This document shows positions 17,841 to 29,179 of a stretch of 64,000 bases of DNA, in pieces. Origin of the DNA: a bacterium (GTDB lineage Bacteria > Bacteroidota > Ignavibacteria > UBA10030); the NCBI GenBank assembly GCA_043803945.1, contig JAZDJN010000087.1:160001-224000 (forward strand), written 5' to 3'. A program made the translations under genes and the position numbers. The notes below the pieces were generated by a model. The model was not told where the DNA came from. It ran no database searches and saw nothing but the letters and a program-made list of their open reading frames with translations. Positions within the stretch are counted from its first letter, which is position 1; every line of letters starts with the position of its first letter.

Positions 17841-19400
17841 ATGAAATTCCTTTTCGGTCTTCTTGTATTCCCCTTTCTTCTTCACGCCCAGTCGCCAACA
17901 ATTCATTATACCATCAGCATGCCGAGGCCATGGACACACCTGTTCGAAGTGGAAGCGGTGTTTGATAATTTTCCTGCCACAGAATCGACTATTGATCTGA
18001 TGCTTCCTGTCTGGCGCTCCGGACGGTATGTGATTTTCGATTTCCCCGGCTCTGTGGTCCAATTCAAAGCGTCGAACAGCGACAATACACCCCTGGTATT
18101 TTCAAAGATCGACAAATCGACATGGCGACTACAAAAAGGAACATCCCGGAGTGTTGTTGCCCGCTATACCGTGTTCGCCAACGACTTCACAACGAGAAAA
18201 TGCGGCCTTAACGATGAGCACACATTTATCAATGGAGCAATGTGTTTCTCTATAACGAGCAGCTCCGCTAACTGCCGGTTACCTTGACAGTTGTTCCCTA
18301 TAAAGACTGGCACGTTACCACAGGCCTGAAAAATCTTCAGGGTAATCCCTTTCAGTTTGTGGCTCAGATCTATGATCATCTTCTGGATTGTCCGTTGGAG
18401 GTTGGCAAACAACAGGACATTGAATTTACTGTGGAGGGTGTTAAGCATGTTCTCTCGCTGTTCGGAAGGCATGAATGGAAGACCGATGCCCTCATTCGTG
18501 ATATGAGCAAATGGATAAAGGTTCATAAAGATTTTTGGGGAGGCTTTCCGTACAACAGATATGTGTTCTTTGTTCATATCAGCCCAAGCCGGAGCGGTGG
18601 GACAGAGTACCTCAACTCAACCATTCTCGGCAGCAGGCCTTACATTTTCACTGCACCGACTTCGCATTATGGGTTCCTGGGTCTGTTCTCGCATGAGGAT
18701 TTCCATACCTGGAATGTCAAACAGCTTAGACCCGCCGGCATGCATCCTTATGATTACAGCAAAGAAAATTATGCGAAGGAATCCTGGATCGTAGAAGGGA
18801 TGACATCATACTTCAGTCCGAAAATGATGCTCCATGCCGGTTTTCTCCGTGAGGACCAATGATGTCTTACGTACCATGCTTCAACGTTACCCTCTCACCG
18901 GACCGGAATACACTATCGATGATTTCCAGAAGGTTGTTGAAGAACTCGCTGGCAGCAGTTTTAAGAAATTCTTTGAACAGTACATTCACGGAACGACACC
19001 GCTACTCTGGGAAGAGGCGCTTGGATATGCCGGACTGCAGGTTATTCCAAGAGATTCCGCACACACGGTATAGCTTGGTGCACTCACAGCCGATCAGGGA
19101 GAAAAAACCAGGAGTACACGCCTTCTTACCGGATCTCCTGCCTACAATGCCGGGATCGACGTCGGAGACGAGATTCTTGCACTCGATGGCTTCCGTGTCC
19201 GCACAACAGATCTTATCAATCGAATAGTGACGCGGTCTGCGGGTGATGTTGTGAGGATAACGGTCTTTCGCGATGAACGCCTGAGAGAGTTTGAAATCAC
19301 TCTTCAAAAACAATCCGTGCCTTCCTATCGGATTGAGATGAGGGCAAATCCAACTCCGCTGCAAAAAAAGATGTACGAGTCCTGGCTATTGGCACAGTGA
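17841..19400 (+). pseudogene. M61 glycyl aminopeptidase (with PDZ domain) pseudogene
   Basis: Fragments in different frames: LPVWRSGRY, LLDCPLEVG, SHEDFHTWNVK, WIVEGMTSY, and PDZ GSPAYNAGIDVGDEILA. Several frameshifts and stops; internal deletion near 18860. Confidence 0.85.
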
Positions 19401-19598
19401 CAAAGGTATTATCTTCAACAATCTGAACAGTACTCTCCGGAATTTTTCTGCTGACCTCGCTCTTTCTCTTCGTCATTGAGAGAATGCTCTTCCTTTCTCC
19501 ATTTTCACATTTTTCGTTGAGATCAGAGAGAATACACTAAATTTGACGATGCATACAGAATGTATCGTTTGTCTAAATTGATGTTTTTTCAAAAAAGG

Positions 19599-19636
19599 AT
19601 TGCATAATTATACAATAATGTGTATGTTTATGCAGT
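19599..19636 (+). promoter_or_regulatory. Tandem ARG boxes (ArgR operator)
   Basis: ATTGCATAATTATACAAT (19599-19616) and TGTGTATGTTTATGCAGT (19619-19636) match the TGNAT-N4-ATNCA core, 2 bp apart, upstream of argC; argR is in the operon. Confidence 0.85.
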
Positions 19637-19649
19637 TAATGAGGAAAGA

Positions 19650-20675
19650 ATGGTAGAACAAAAACCAATTTCTATTATTGGGGCTTCGGGGTATTCAGGA
19701 GCGGAGTTGCTCAGGTTTCTGCTCAAGCACAAAGGTATTCATATCGAAAAAATCTTTGCCGCCAGTTCTGCAGGGAAGCGAGTTGATGAACTCTACCCAT
19801 GGTTTAGCGGTGCAACAGAACTTGTCTATGAACAGTACTCGCCCGATGCGATCAAATCGAGCGATCTGGTATTCATCGCACTTCCTTCTGGTGAGGCAAT
19901 GAATATTGTTCCAGAGTTGCTCAGCCGCGGCAAGCGGGTGATCGATCTTGGCGGCGATTACCGGTTGAAAGATGATTCTCTCTATACGCGGTACTACAAG
20001 CATGAGCATACATCAAAAGACCTTCTTCAGCAGGCAGTGTATGGATTGCCGGAGTGGAACCGTGAAAAAATCAAATCAGCACAATTAGTTGCCAACCCGG
20101 GATGCTACCCAACCAGCGCGATTCTTCCGCTCGCTCCTCTCTTGAAAGATGGATTCATTGAACGGAATGGTATTACAATCAACTCACTCTCCGGAACATC
20201 CGGTGCAGGGCGAAGTGCCGGTCTCGACCTTTCCTTTGCTGAAGTCAATGAAACGGTGAAGGCGTACAAAGTCGGCAATCATCAACACATTCCGGAAATC
20301 ATTTCTTTGCTTAAGGAGTTCTCCTCCGGCAGTGTGAATCTTACGTTCGTTCCTCATCTTCTCCCGATTACAAGGGGCATATACACAAGTATTTCTGCAA
20401 CACTCGTTAATGGGTCGAAGCAGCTCGACATTCTCAGCACGTACGACAAATATTATGCTTCGGATTATTTTGTTCGGTATTCCGACTCTGTTATTCCCGA
20501 GATGAAGCATGTGAATTATACCAACTTCATTAACATCGGCTTTCGCCTATATCCAGAGAGTAATCAGATTATTGTTCTCTCAGCCATCGACAACCTGATA
20601 AAAGGTGCAGCCGGACAGGCGATACAGAATATGAATATCATGTTTGGATTTACCGAAACGGAAGGATTACTGTGA
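19650..20675 (+). CDS. argC: N-acetyl-gamma-glutamyl-phosphate reductase
   Basis: IIGASGYSG, ANPGCYPT, SGTSGAGR, IDNLIKGAAGQA; GAGGA RBS before ATG 19650. Confidence 0.97.
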   Translation: MVEQKPISIIGASGYSGAELLRFLLKHKGIHIEKIFAASSAGKRVDELYPWFSGATELVYEQYSPDAIKSSDLVFIALPSGEAMNIVPELLSRGKRVIDLGGDYRLKDDSLYTRYYKHEHTSKDLLQQAVYGLPEWNREKIKSAQLVANPGCYPTSAILPLAPLLKDGFIERNGITINSLSGTSGAGRSAGLDLSFAEVNETVKAYKVGNHQHIPEIISLLKEFSSGSVNLTFVPHLLPITRGIYTSISATLVNGSKQLDILSTYDKYYASDYFVRYSDSVIPEMKHVNYTNFINIGFRLYPESNQIIVLSAIDNLIKGAAGQAIQNMNIMFGFTETEGLL

Positions 20676-21886
20676 TGACGAATTTCGTGGAATGCGGAAG
20701 CGGCGTAACTGCTCCAAAAGGATTTCTTGCTTCGGGCCTCTATTGCGGGATACGAAAAGCAAAAAAGGATATTGCTTTGATCTATTCGGAAACACCGGCA
20801 TCCGTTGCTGCGGTTTTTACGTTGAATAAAACTCAGGCCGCTCCGATTCTTGTCGACAAGATCCAATTGAAACGATCATCGCTCTGCTCTGCGGTTCTCG
20901 TCAACAGCGGCAATGCAAATGCCTGTACAGGGGAACGCGGTTTAAACGATGCCTGGCAGATGGTGCGAACAGCGGCAGAAGTACTTGCGATTCCCGAGGA
21001 ACAGGTCATGGTCTCCTCCACAGGCATCATCGGTCAATATCTTCCGATGGAAAAGATCACCGCTTCAGTACCGGAGTTGAAGAACACCCTTCGTCGTGAC
21101 GGTTCCCAGTATGCAGCGGATGCTATCATGACCACCGATACATTCTCCAAACAGGTTGCCGTTCAGTTTTCGCTTGGCAATTCCATTGTCACCATTGGCG
21201 GCATGGCAAAAGGCTCCGGAATGATTGCTCCCAATATGGCCACAATGCTCGGTTTTATCACCACCGACGCATTGATTCCTCAACTCTTATTAATGAAGGC
21301 TCTTCAATCGTCGAACAGAAAATCGTTCAACCGGATTTCTGTCGATGGTGATATGAGCACAAATGATCAGGTCATTTTGCTCGCCAATGGCATGGCTCAG
21401 AATCCGCCCATCGCTCAAGATTCTGAAGAGTACGCTCTCTTTTGCTCCGCTCTCGATTACGTTCTCATAAAGCTGGCGAAGATGATTGCCCGGGATGGCG
21501 AGGGTGCAACAAAACTCATCGAAATTATTGTCAAGGGTGCTGCCTCAGAAGGAGAGGCGGAGCAGGCGGCACGCTCGGTCGCAAATTCCAACCTTGTGAA
21601 AACTGCCATTCATGGTGCCGATGCAAACTGGGGACGTATCATTGCCGCGGTCGGTTATTCGGGGATCGAGATGGACCCGAATAATGTAGAGGTGTCATTC
21701 GGCGACCTTCAGATCCTCAAGAAAAATTATGAGATCCTGCTTGATGAAGATCGTGCAAAAGAAATCCTCACACGGGATTTCGTGGTGATTACTATCAATC
21801 TGAATAATGGCGGTCACGCCGTACGATTCTGGACATGCGATCTAACGAAAGAGTATGTTCATATCAATGCTAGTTATCGTTCGTAG
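20672..21886 (+). CDS. argJ: Bifunctional ornithine acetyltransferase/N-acetylglutamate synthase
   Basis: NSGNANACTG, KGSGMIAPNMATML, DGDMSTND, ARDGEGATK, INASYRS. Confidence 0.97.
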   Translation: MMTNFVECGSGVTAPKGFLASGLYCGIRKAKKDIALIYSETPASVAAVFTLNKTQAAPILVDKIQLKRSSLCSAVLVNSGNANACTGERGLNDAWQMVRTAAEVLAIPEEQVMVSSTGIIGQYLPMEKITASVPELKNTLRRDGSQYAADAIMTTDTFSKQVAVQFSLGNSIVTIGGMAKGSGMIAPNMATMLGFITTDALIPQLLLMKALQSSNRKSFNRISVDGDMSTNDQVILLANGMAQNPPIAQDSEEYALFCSALDYVLIKLAKMIARDGEGATKLIEIIVKGAASEGEAEQAARSVANSNLVKTAIHGADANWGRIIAAVGYSGIEMDPNNVEVSFGDLQILKKNYEILLDEDRAKEILTRDFVVITINLNNGGHAVRFWTCDLTKEYVHINASYRS

Positions 21887-21901
21887 AGGAACCTCATTGG
21901 A

Positions 21902-22780
21902 ATGATCGATTATTCAACGAAAGAAGAAGTTCTTATTGAAGCGTTGCCATACATCCAGAAGTACGAAGGAAAAACTTTTGTCATCAAGTATGGCGGCGCG
22001 GCAATGACCAACGAATTATTAAAGCACACCTTTGCCAAGGATGTCACGATCCTCCGCAAAATTGGTATCAATATCGTGATTGTCCATGGCGGCGGAAAAG
22101 AAATCACCGAGACCGCACAGGCGCTCGGTGTTGAGACTCGATTCGTCGACGGGCAGCGGTATACCGATGAAAAGATGATCCATGTTGTCCTGATGGTCCT
22201 GGCGGGAAAGGTGAATAAAGAGATTGTCAACCTTATCAATACCAACGGGGGGAATGCTGTTGGACTTTGCGGTGTTGATAACAGCCTGCTCAAAGCGCAT
22301 ATCTTAACAAGCGGTGACAAGGATCTTGGCTTGGTTGGGGAAATTACCCTGGTGAACAGTCAATACATTTCTCAAATGCTGCAGAACGGCATGATGCCGG
22401 TCATCGCACCACTGGCCATGGGTGAACAGGGGAGTATTTTAAATGTCAATGCCGATCTCGCCGCCGGCGCAATTGCAGCGTCGCTTCAGGCAGAAAAGCT
22501 GGTTTACCTCAGCGACATCGAGGGTGTTCTGGTAAACAAGGAGCTTGTCTCTACGTTGACACGCCAAAATGCGCACGAGATGATTCAACAGAGTGCAATC
22601 TCTGGAGGGATGATTCCCAAGGTGACCTCCGCATTCGAGACACTTGAATCCGGAGTAAACAAGGTGCACATTATTGACGGTCGCATCAAACACTCCCTGT
22701 TACTCGAAATTTTCACCGACGAGGGCATCGGTACACAAATAGTACACGATGAAGACATACTGCTTGCTGGACAAGCTTGA
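21902..22780 (+). CDS. argB: Acetylglutamate kinase
   Basis: EALPYI, VIKYGG, VHGGG, NVNAD, GGMIPK, LLLEIFTDEGIGT. Confidence 0.97.
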   Translation: MIDYSTKEEVLIEALPYIQKYEGKTFVIKYGGAAMTNELLKHTFAKDVTILRKIGINIVIVHGGGKEITETAQALGVETRFVDGQRYTDEKMIHVVLMVLAGKVNKEIVNLINTNGGNAVGLCGVDNSLLKAHILTSGDKDLGLVGEITLVNSQYISQMLQNGMMPVIAPLAMGEQGSILNVNADLAAGAIAASLQAEKLVYLSDIEGVLVNKELVSTLTRQNAHEMIQQSAISGGMIPKVTSAFETLESGVNKVHIIDGRIKHSLLLEIFTDEGIGTQIVHDEDILLAGQA

Positions 22781-22842
22781 AACAACGGAGTGTCGATGCG
22801 TGAGAACTTGACACGAAAATCTCACGAACACTCCAGGTACGT

Positions 22843-23304
22843 ATGAAAAAACAAGGTCGACAATTTTCCATCAAAGAGATCATCACCAAACAGGTGATCG
22901 CAAACCAGGAAGAGCTCTGCAGAGCCCTTCAGAAGGCCGGGTATGATGTGACGCAAGCGACCCTTTCGCGCGACCTCAAGGAGCTTGGAATTGCCCGGGT
23001 GAATACATCGGATGGTCTGCGGTATATGCTCCACGGCGAGAGTGAAGAGCAGCGGCTCAAACCGTTCATCGGTCGGGAAGTCGAGACAATCGATGCGAAC
23101 GAAACGATGGTTGTCATTAAAACACTGCCTGGGCGAGCACAGGGCGTTGCCGAGATTATCGACAGCATGCATCATATGGCGATCCTCGGAACGCTTGCCG
23201 GCGACAATACAATTTTTGTCACACCCTCATCGGTTAACAGAACCGATGAGGTACTCAAGCTCCTCCACAGCTTAATGACCGAGAAGAAACAGGAAATCGC
23301 CTGA
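22843..23304 (+). CDS. argR: Arginine repressor
   Basis: TQATLSRDLKELG; KTLPGRAQ; GTLAGDNTIF. Confidence 0.97.
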   Translation: MKKQGRQFSIKEIITKQVIANQEELCRALQKAGYDVTQATLSRDLKELGIARVNTSDGLRYMLHGESEEQRLKPFIGREVETIDANETMVVIKTLPGRAQGVAEIIDSMHHMAILGTLAGDNTIFVTPSSVNRTDEVLKLLHSLMTEKKQEIA

Positions 23305-23441
23305 TCGTTGCCCTTGAATGGGATTGAGGTTTTGACGATCGATGCGGTGCGAAGAGTGGTTCCCGGTTTTGTGAAGAGGAAAAAGACGATCGAAAACCCA
23401 TGGTATTATTTATCTCATTCACGGAAGGCAAGGATTAGAAA

Positions 23442-24713
23442 TTGAAGAAAGAACGAATTGCTGTTGCTTACTCCGGAGGCCTTGATACTTCTGTTATTGT
23501 GAAGTGGCTTCAGGAACACCACAATGCCGAAATTATTACCGTCACCGGAAATCTCGGTCAGAAAAAAGAACTGATCGGCGTACCGGAAAAAGCATACAAA
23601 ACTGGTGCAAAAAAAGTCTATGTGCAGGATCTCCGCAAGGAGTTTGTTGAAGAGTATATCTTCCCTGCGTTGAAGGCGGGAGCGTTGTATGAACACTCTT
23701 ACCCCATGGCCACCTCTATTGGCCGGCCGTTATTGGCAAAAGCTCTTGTGGATGTTGCACTGCGTGAGAATTGTACAGCCGTAGCGCATGGCTGCACGGG
23801 AAAAGGAAACGATCAGGTACGGTTCGAAGCCTCGGTGGCTGCGCTTGCTCCTCACTTAAAGGTGATCGCTCCCCTCAGGGAGTGGGAGTTTAAATCACGT
23901 GAAGACGAAATCGCATACTGCGAACAACACGATATCCCGGTAAAGGCAACAAAAGAAAGCCCGTACTCAATTGATGAAAATCTTTGGGGGACAGCCATCG
24001 AGTGCGGTATTTTGGAAGACCCAACGGTTGAGCCTCCCGAGGATGCTTTTTTGAGAACCGTCTCACCGTTGGATGCCCCGGATTCTCCCGCGTATGTGAG
24101 TATCGGATTTCACGAAGGCGTTCCTGTAGCTCTTAATGGAAAAAAGATGGGCGGTGTTGAACTTATCGAATCATTGAATGACCTTGCTGGCGCGAACGGT
24201 ATCGGCCGTCTCGATCTTATTGAGAACCGTCTCGTCGGTATTAAGTCCCGCGAAATTTACGAAGCCCCGGCCGCCACGGCCCTTCATTTTGCTCATCGTG
24301 AACTTGAACGCCTCACACTGGACAAGGAAGTTTCTCACTACAAGGCAAAAGTCTCCCACGATTATGCCGATCTCATTTATAATGGGCTCTGGTTTACACC
24401 GCTCCGCGAAGCATTGGATTCATTTATCAATGAAACACAGAAGTGTGTTACTGGTACTGTCAAGCTGAAGTTTTACAAAGGAAACATCGACATCTCTTCC
24501 CGCACATCGCCATATTCCCTTTATGATACAAAGCTTGCAACTTACACCAGTGAAGATACGTTCGATCACCGTGCCAGTGCAGGATTTATCAAGATATATT
24601 CTCTGCCAATGAAAACTTTTTATCAGGTCAACAGGAAGCGATTCTTAAAGAATGGCAAGTCGAAACACAACGGTAACCGGATACAGAAAGTGTTCAAAAA
24701 GGTAAAGGCATAG
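23442..24713 (+). CDS. argG: Argininosuccinate synthase
   Basis: [40 protein letters not shown]. Confidence 0.98.
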   Translation: MKKERIAVAYSGGLDTSVIVKWLQEHHNAEIITVTGNLGQKKELIGVPEKAYKTGAKKVYVQDLRKEFVEEYIFPALKAGALYEHSYPMATSIGRPLLAKALVDVALRENCTAVAHGCTGKGNDQVRFEASVAALAPHLKVIAPLREWEFKSREDEIAYCEQHDIPVKATKESPYSIDENLWGTAIECGILEDPTVEPPEDAFLRTVSPLDAPDSPAYVSIGFHEGVPVALNGKKMGGVELIESLNDLAGANGIGRLDLIENRLVGIKSREIYEAPAATALHFAHRELERLTLDKEVSHYKAKVSHDYADLIYNGLWFTPLREALDSFINETQKCVTGTVKLKFYKGNIDISSRTSPYSLYDTKLATYTSEDTFDHRASAGFIKIYSLPMKTFYQVNRKRFLKNGKSKHNGNRIQKVFKKVKA

Positions 24714-24738
24714 ATCAGACGCTCTGTTCTCAATTGTC

Positions 24739-24767
24739 AAAGCCGGTGCTAACGTGCCGGCTTTTTT
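24739..24767 (+). terminator. Rho-independent terminator after argG
   Basis: AGCCGGTGC-TAAC-GTGCCGGCT hairpin followed by a T run. Confidence 0.8.
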
Positions 24768-25023
24768 ATTTGATAACTGACGTTATGCTAGACGACGACT
24801 CTACTTGGACAAAGTGATTAAATGGTTGAAAGGGGCCAAACGATTTTCCAGGAATCGTTACCCTCGAAACTAGTCTAAACACCTCAATTTTCTCTATCTT
24901 AACACCGTTACTTGCCATTATCACCGGAATCTCGTAATATTGTTCGAGAAATCTGAATACACGGCAAGTAGAACTTGCTAATCCTTTCTATCTCTCATAG
25001 AAATAGTCGATAAACAAACGAAA

Positions 25024-25833
25024 ATGGCAAGTAGCGATAAAAAAATAATTGTGTTTTTAGAAACGCATCCTTTATTTACCATTGAAGAATTGCGAGAATA
25101 TTTTTCACTTCCTAGTGGAAGCCGGGAAGCTTCCGATATTCTTCTACACAATAAACGGATGGGACGAATAGGTGTCGTAAAGACTGGGTTGTATTATGTC
25201 GTTCGTCCTGGAAGCACGGACATTTCAACACAAGTCGATCCATTTCTTTTAGCGGCTAAATTAGCAATTGATGCGGTGTTGTCTTTTCACACGGCATTGA
25301 ATCTATTAGGATTCGGTCATAGTATGTTCAACTCCTATTATTACTATTCCCATCGTTTCCGTCCGGCCATACGATTTCGAAACGATCATTTCCGTTGTGT
25401 TCTCCTGCCAGAAACAATGCAAAAGAAGTCATCGGCAATGCTTGGCACGGAAAAACTTGAGCGGTCCGGTGTCAAGGTTGTTGTAACCGGAAAAGAACGA
25501 ACGCTTGTCGATGTGCTTGAGCGACCGCAGTATTGCGGCGGTTTTGAGGAGATGTTCCGCTCTCTTGAAAAAATGCCTTATGTCCAAACGGAACTCATTC
25601 TGAAATATTTGAATTTGCGTGGACAGAAAAATCTCTTCGCACGCGTTGGCTTCTTTCTCGAACAGCATCGCGAACAGTTTCACATCGAAGAATCATTTTT
25701 GCAAACACTTGAGCGCCATAAGCCAGCACAGCCTCTGTATTGGGATCGCTCTCGGAAAGGTGGAGTAATCAAGAACCGTTGGAATCTTATCGTTCCGGAA
25801 GCAGTCGACCAGCGTAAGTGGGAGGAGTTTTAA
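25024..25833 (+). CDS. Type IV TA antitoxin, AbiEi family
   Basis: N-terminal wHTH (FTIEEL...KTGLYY), SFHTAL, TGKERTLVDVLERPQYCGG, RVGFFLE, RWNLIVP. Confidence 0.88.
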   Translation: MASSDKKIIVFLETHPLFTIEELREYFSLPSGSREASDILLHNKRMGRIGVVKTGLYYVVRPGSTDISTQVDPFLLAAKLAIDAVLSFHTALNLLGFGHSMFNSYYYYSHRFRPAIRFRNDHFRCVLLPETMQKKSSAMLGTEKLERSGVKVVVTGKERTLVDVLERPQYCGGFEEMFRSLEKMPYVQTELILKYLNLRGQKNLFARVGFFLEQHREQFHIEESFLQTLERHKPAQPLYWDRSRKGGVIKNRWNLIVPEAVDQRKWEEF

Positions 25834-26794
25834 TGTTTTCAAAGGAATACCTCACTAAGCTTGCCGAACAAACGGGTTTTCGTGTTGATAGCTTGCAGAA
25901 GCAGATGACCTTGCTCGACCTTCTTCGAGAGATCTATCGCCATCCGCTTCTTAAAAAGCAATTTGCACTGAAGGGCGGAAGCGCCATTAACCTGTTTTGG
26001 TTTCAGTTGCCCCGCTTGTCTGTCGATATCGATTTGAATTACATCGGCAGCGAAGACCGCGAGACGATGGTAAAGGACCGTCTGAAATTAGAACAAGAGA
26101 TGAAGAAACTTATTGAGTCCAGAGGCATATCAGTAAGGAATGCTCCGGCAGAACATGTTGCGCAAAGTGGCGATTACAGGCACCGAGCGCTTTTGGCGGG
26201 ACATTCAGTCTTGAAATCGATCTCAATTTTATTATGAGAATTCCGGTGTGGGGTGTCGAATCCAAATCTCCGTTTCCCCTGGATGAAGATTATCTCTTTG
26301 AATGCAATATGTTATCATTTGAAGAACTATTCGGAGGAAAAATCAAGGCATTGATGGATCGCTCTACAGCGAGAGACCTCTATGATGTCTACAAGTTGTC
26401 TCAAGTGCGCGACTCGTTTGATATGTCAAAACTAAGGAAAAACTTAATTCTTTTCGGAATCACCTGTGATGATGATTGGAGAAAGAAGGATTTACGCACG
26501 GTAGATGGTATCGATCAGAAAATGGTCGACGAACAACTATCACCATTGCTACGCTCCACTGATTCCGTCGATTTAAAATCAATGAAGAAAACCGTAAAAG
26601 ACTTTCTTGCTGAATTAATAAAATATAGCAAAGATGATAAGCGTTTTATTAACAGATTTTTAGATGACGGCATTTACGAATCCTCACTATTATTCACTGA
26701 TAAGAAACAGGCAAAACTTCTTGAGAAACATCCAGCCGTTCTCTGGAAATTGCAGAATCACCGTCAGTATTTAGGACTTGATAAAAAACCCTAG
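25833..26794 (+). pseudogene. AbiEii nucleotidyltransferase toxin, split by a single frameshift near 26160
   Basis: LKGGSAIN and PRLSVDIDL in the first part. The second frame reads AKWRLQ...LEIDLNFIMRIP, then GKIKALMDRSTARDLYD. Confidence 0.85.
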
Positions 26795-26799
26795 TCATT

Positions 26800-27172
26800 A
26801 TGAAACAAACCAGGATTACGCTCTCACAACTCGAAGGCTTTCTAGCCAAAGCGGCCGATTTGCTCTACGGCAAAATAGATGCATCTGATTATAAAGAATA
26901 CATTTTCGGAATGCTGTTCCTCAAACGTTTGTCGGATGTATTCGATGAGAAACGTGATCAATTACGCAAGCAAGATTACAAGCATCTCAATACGGGTAAG
27001 CCGGAAGACGAACAACTTCTTGCAGATATTCTTGAGGATAAACAAAGCTATGGTGTGATTTTTTTTCGTTCCAAAACGAGCGCGATGGAACGAGGGCTTT
27101 AAGGATGAAAATGGTGACCTGCAGCCGCCAATCTGTAATCTAAACGAAAATATCGGAGAAATGCTCAAGTAA
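26800..27172 (+). pseudogene. hsdM: Type I R-M methyltransferase HsdM, N-terminal stub
   Basis: ITLSQLE...[27 protein letters not shown]. Frameshift in a T8 run (27059-27066), then FFVPKRARW...NIGEML*. No catalytic domain. Confidence 0.85.
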
Positions 27173-27266
27173 ATAATCTACAAATTCGAGCATCGGCACA
27201 TCTTGCACCTTACCTCATTTCTTAATTCCTTTGTTCAGCTATCATTCACCTTATGGACTCCATACA

Positions 27267-29051
27267 ATGAAAAATTCTGCCTTCTTGCTGCTGTCTCTCC
27301 TGTTTCCAGTGCAACTCTTCGGACAACTCTTTATCCGGTCGGAAAAGGATACAACATTCTTTCTTCGGATTATTGTACCGGAAAAAGACACCGTTCGCAC
27401 CGGAGCGCCGCGCTATCGGGTTTCCGCCAGCACAACACCGACTGCAAAAGCTTTCATCAATGAGAAGGAGGTCAAAGTCTATGCCTCTGGTGCATTTGCA
27501 GGATTTCCGCAGATTGGTACGGGCGCAAGCACCATACGATTAACAGTGATCTCGGCAGCAGGTGATTCGCTCACAAAAGAATTTATCTTTGTCCGGCCTG
27601 AAGCTGGAAAATCAATCCCGCGAGATCCTGTGACAATCAATGCCGGTTCTGTTTCACCTTCTCAGGATCTTTGGCTGGGGAAGGATGATATCCTTGAGGT
27701 TAGTTTCAAGGGAAGCGCAGGTTATGATGCCTCCTTTTCCATCGACGGCGTTGAATCTGGAATTCCGATGAAAGAGCAAAGCGAAGGAATGTATATCGGG
27801 CGATATCAGATGAAAGAGACCGATGAAGCGAAGGAAGTGCCGATCAAAGTTCGGTTGCGAAAAAGTTTCTGGAGCAGCGAGGTGGCGTATTCAAAAGGGA
27901 AAGTCTCCCTCCTTCCCCAAGAGCTTCCACGGGTTGCTGAGATTACCGGCCGGAGACCATTTCTCAATGCCGGGCTCGGTGCCGATCGCCTCGGCGGTGC
28001 AAAGCTTGGATTTCTCTCTGCAGGTGTGAAGGTGGTTGTTACCGGAAAAACAGGAAGGCAGTACCGTGTCCGCCTTTCCGAATCGATGAGTGGTTGGCTG
28101 CCTGAAGATTTTGCCAAACTGCTTCCGATAGAAACACCGTTACCCCGTTCTCTCGTCGGTTCTATTCTTGTGACCGGAAGCGGTGGAGAAGATATCATTA
28201 CCGTCTCACTGAGTCAGCGGCTTCTTTATCTCTCCGATCAGGTTGTCGAGCCTGCTGCAATTATTGTGGACATCTTTGGAGCAACATCGAATACCAACTG
28301 GATTACCCATCATCTGACAGCAAAGGGAATTGAGAGTGTGATCTGGGATCAGGTTGGAACCGAGCATTACCGTCTGAGCATATCGTTGGCATCCGATCAG
28401 CATTGGGGGTATGATGTCGGTTACGATGCCGGAACAACGTTGCGCATTCGCGTACGGCGGCCACCCCTGATCAAAGAGCCTGACCAGGTACTCAAGGGAA
28501 TGATCTTTGCCGTCGATGCTGGCCATGGCGGGAATTCCGATGGCGCTCTTGGCTCAACCGGTGTACGGGAGAAAGATGTCAACATGGCAATTGTCAGGCA
28601 TCTCGATTCGCTCCTCCTGCAACGGGGTGCCAAGGTGGTGCTGACACGCAGTAACGATTCCGATATTTCTATGGCAACCCGCACCGATACGATTATCAAT
28701 TCCGGCGCAAGGATTCTCATCAGTGTCCATTGTAACTCGATCGGCGAAACATCCAATCCCGAGACTGTCAACGGAACTAGCACCTACTATCGGCATCTGG
28801 GGTTTAAGACGCTTGCGGACATTATGTATGGCAAGATGCTTTCCCTGGGATTGGATCAATTCGGTGTTGTGGGGAGCTTCAATTTTTCACTGAGTGCGCC
28901 GACACAATTGCCGAACGTTTTGGTTGAGACTGCCTTTCTCTCCAACCCGGAAGATGAAATGAAATTGCTTAATGACGGATTCCGGAGATCGGTAGCAGAG
29001 AAGATAGTAGAGGGATTGGAGGAGTTTATCCTTGCTTCTGGGATTCGATAG
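27267..29051 (+). CDS. N-acetylmuramoyl-L-alanine amidase (Amidase_3) with N-terminal extra domains
   Basis: VDAGHGG, EKDVN, ISVHCNS, NVLVETAFLSNPEDE; signal peptide from 27267. Confidence 0.92.
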   Translation: MKNSAFLLLSLLFPVQLFGQLFIRSEKDTTFFLRIIVPEKDTVRTGAPRYRVSASTTPTAKAFINEKEVKVYASGAFAGFPQIGTGASTIRLTVISAAGDSLTKEFIFVRPEAGKSIPRDPVTINAGSVSPSQDLWLGKDDILEVSFKGSAGYDASFSIDGVESGIPMKEQSEGMYIGRYQMKETDEAKEVPIKVRLRKSFWSSEVAYSKGKVSLLPQELPRVAEITGRRPFLNAGLGADRLGGAKLGFLSAGVKVVVTGKTGRQYRVRLSESMSGWLPEDFAKLLPIETPLPRSLVGSILVTGSGGEDIITVSLSQRLLYLSDQVVEPAAIIVDIFGATSNTNWITHHLTAKGIESVIWDQVGTEHYRLSISLASDQHWGYDVGYDAGTTLRIRVRRPPLIKEPDQVLKGMIFAVDAGHGGNSDGALGSTGVREKDVNMAIVRHLDSLLLQRGAKVVLTRSNDSDISMATRTDTIINSGARILISVHCNSIGETSNPETVNGTSTYYRHLGFKTLADIMYGKMLSLGLDQFGVVGSFNFSLSAPTQLPNVLVETAFLSNPEDEMKLLNDGFRRSVAEKIVEGLEEFILASGIR

Positions 29052-29139
29052 ACAAATATCAGCACATCAACTGTGGACACCATGACCAATTACCATGTCG
29101 TGACCCCATGCTAAGCCATCTCTCCACAGCATGGAAAGA

Positions 29140-29171
29140 GCTTCAATCCACGCTCCCACGTGGAGTACAAC
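29140..29171. repeat. Single degenerate type I-C-like CRISPR repeat
   Basis: 32-bp GCTTCAATCCACGCTCCCACGTGGAGTACAAC; reverse complement GTTGTACTCCACGTGGGAGCGTGGATTGAAGC resembles the I-C consensus ending GCGTGGATTGAAAC. Confidence 0.65.
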
Positions 29172-29179
29172 ACTATCTA

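Noticed and set aside
18860-18862. TGA in the M61 gene as another read-through site
   Set aside because: Downstream homology resumes in a different frame, the gene has other lesions, and the GGC-TGA-GG context is absent.
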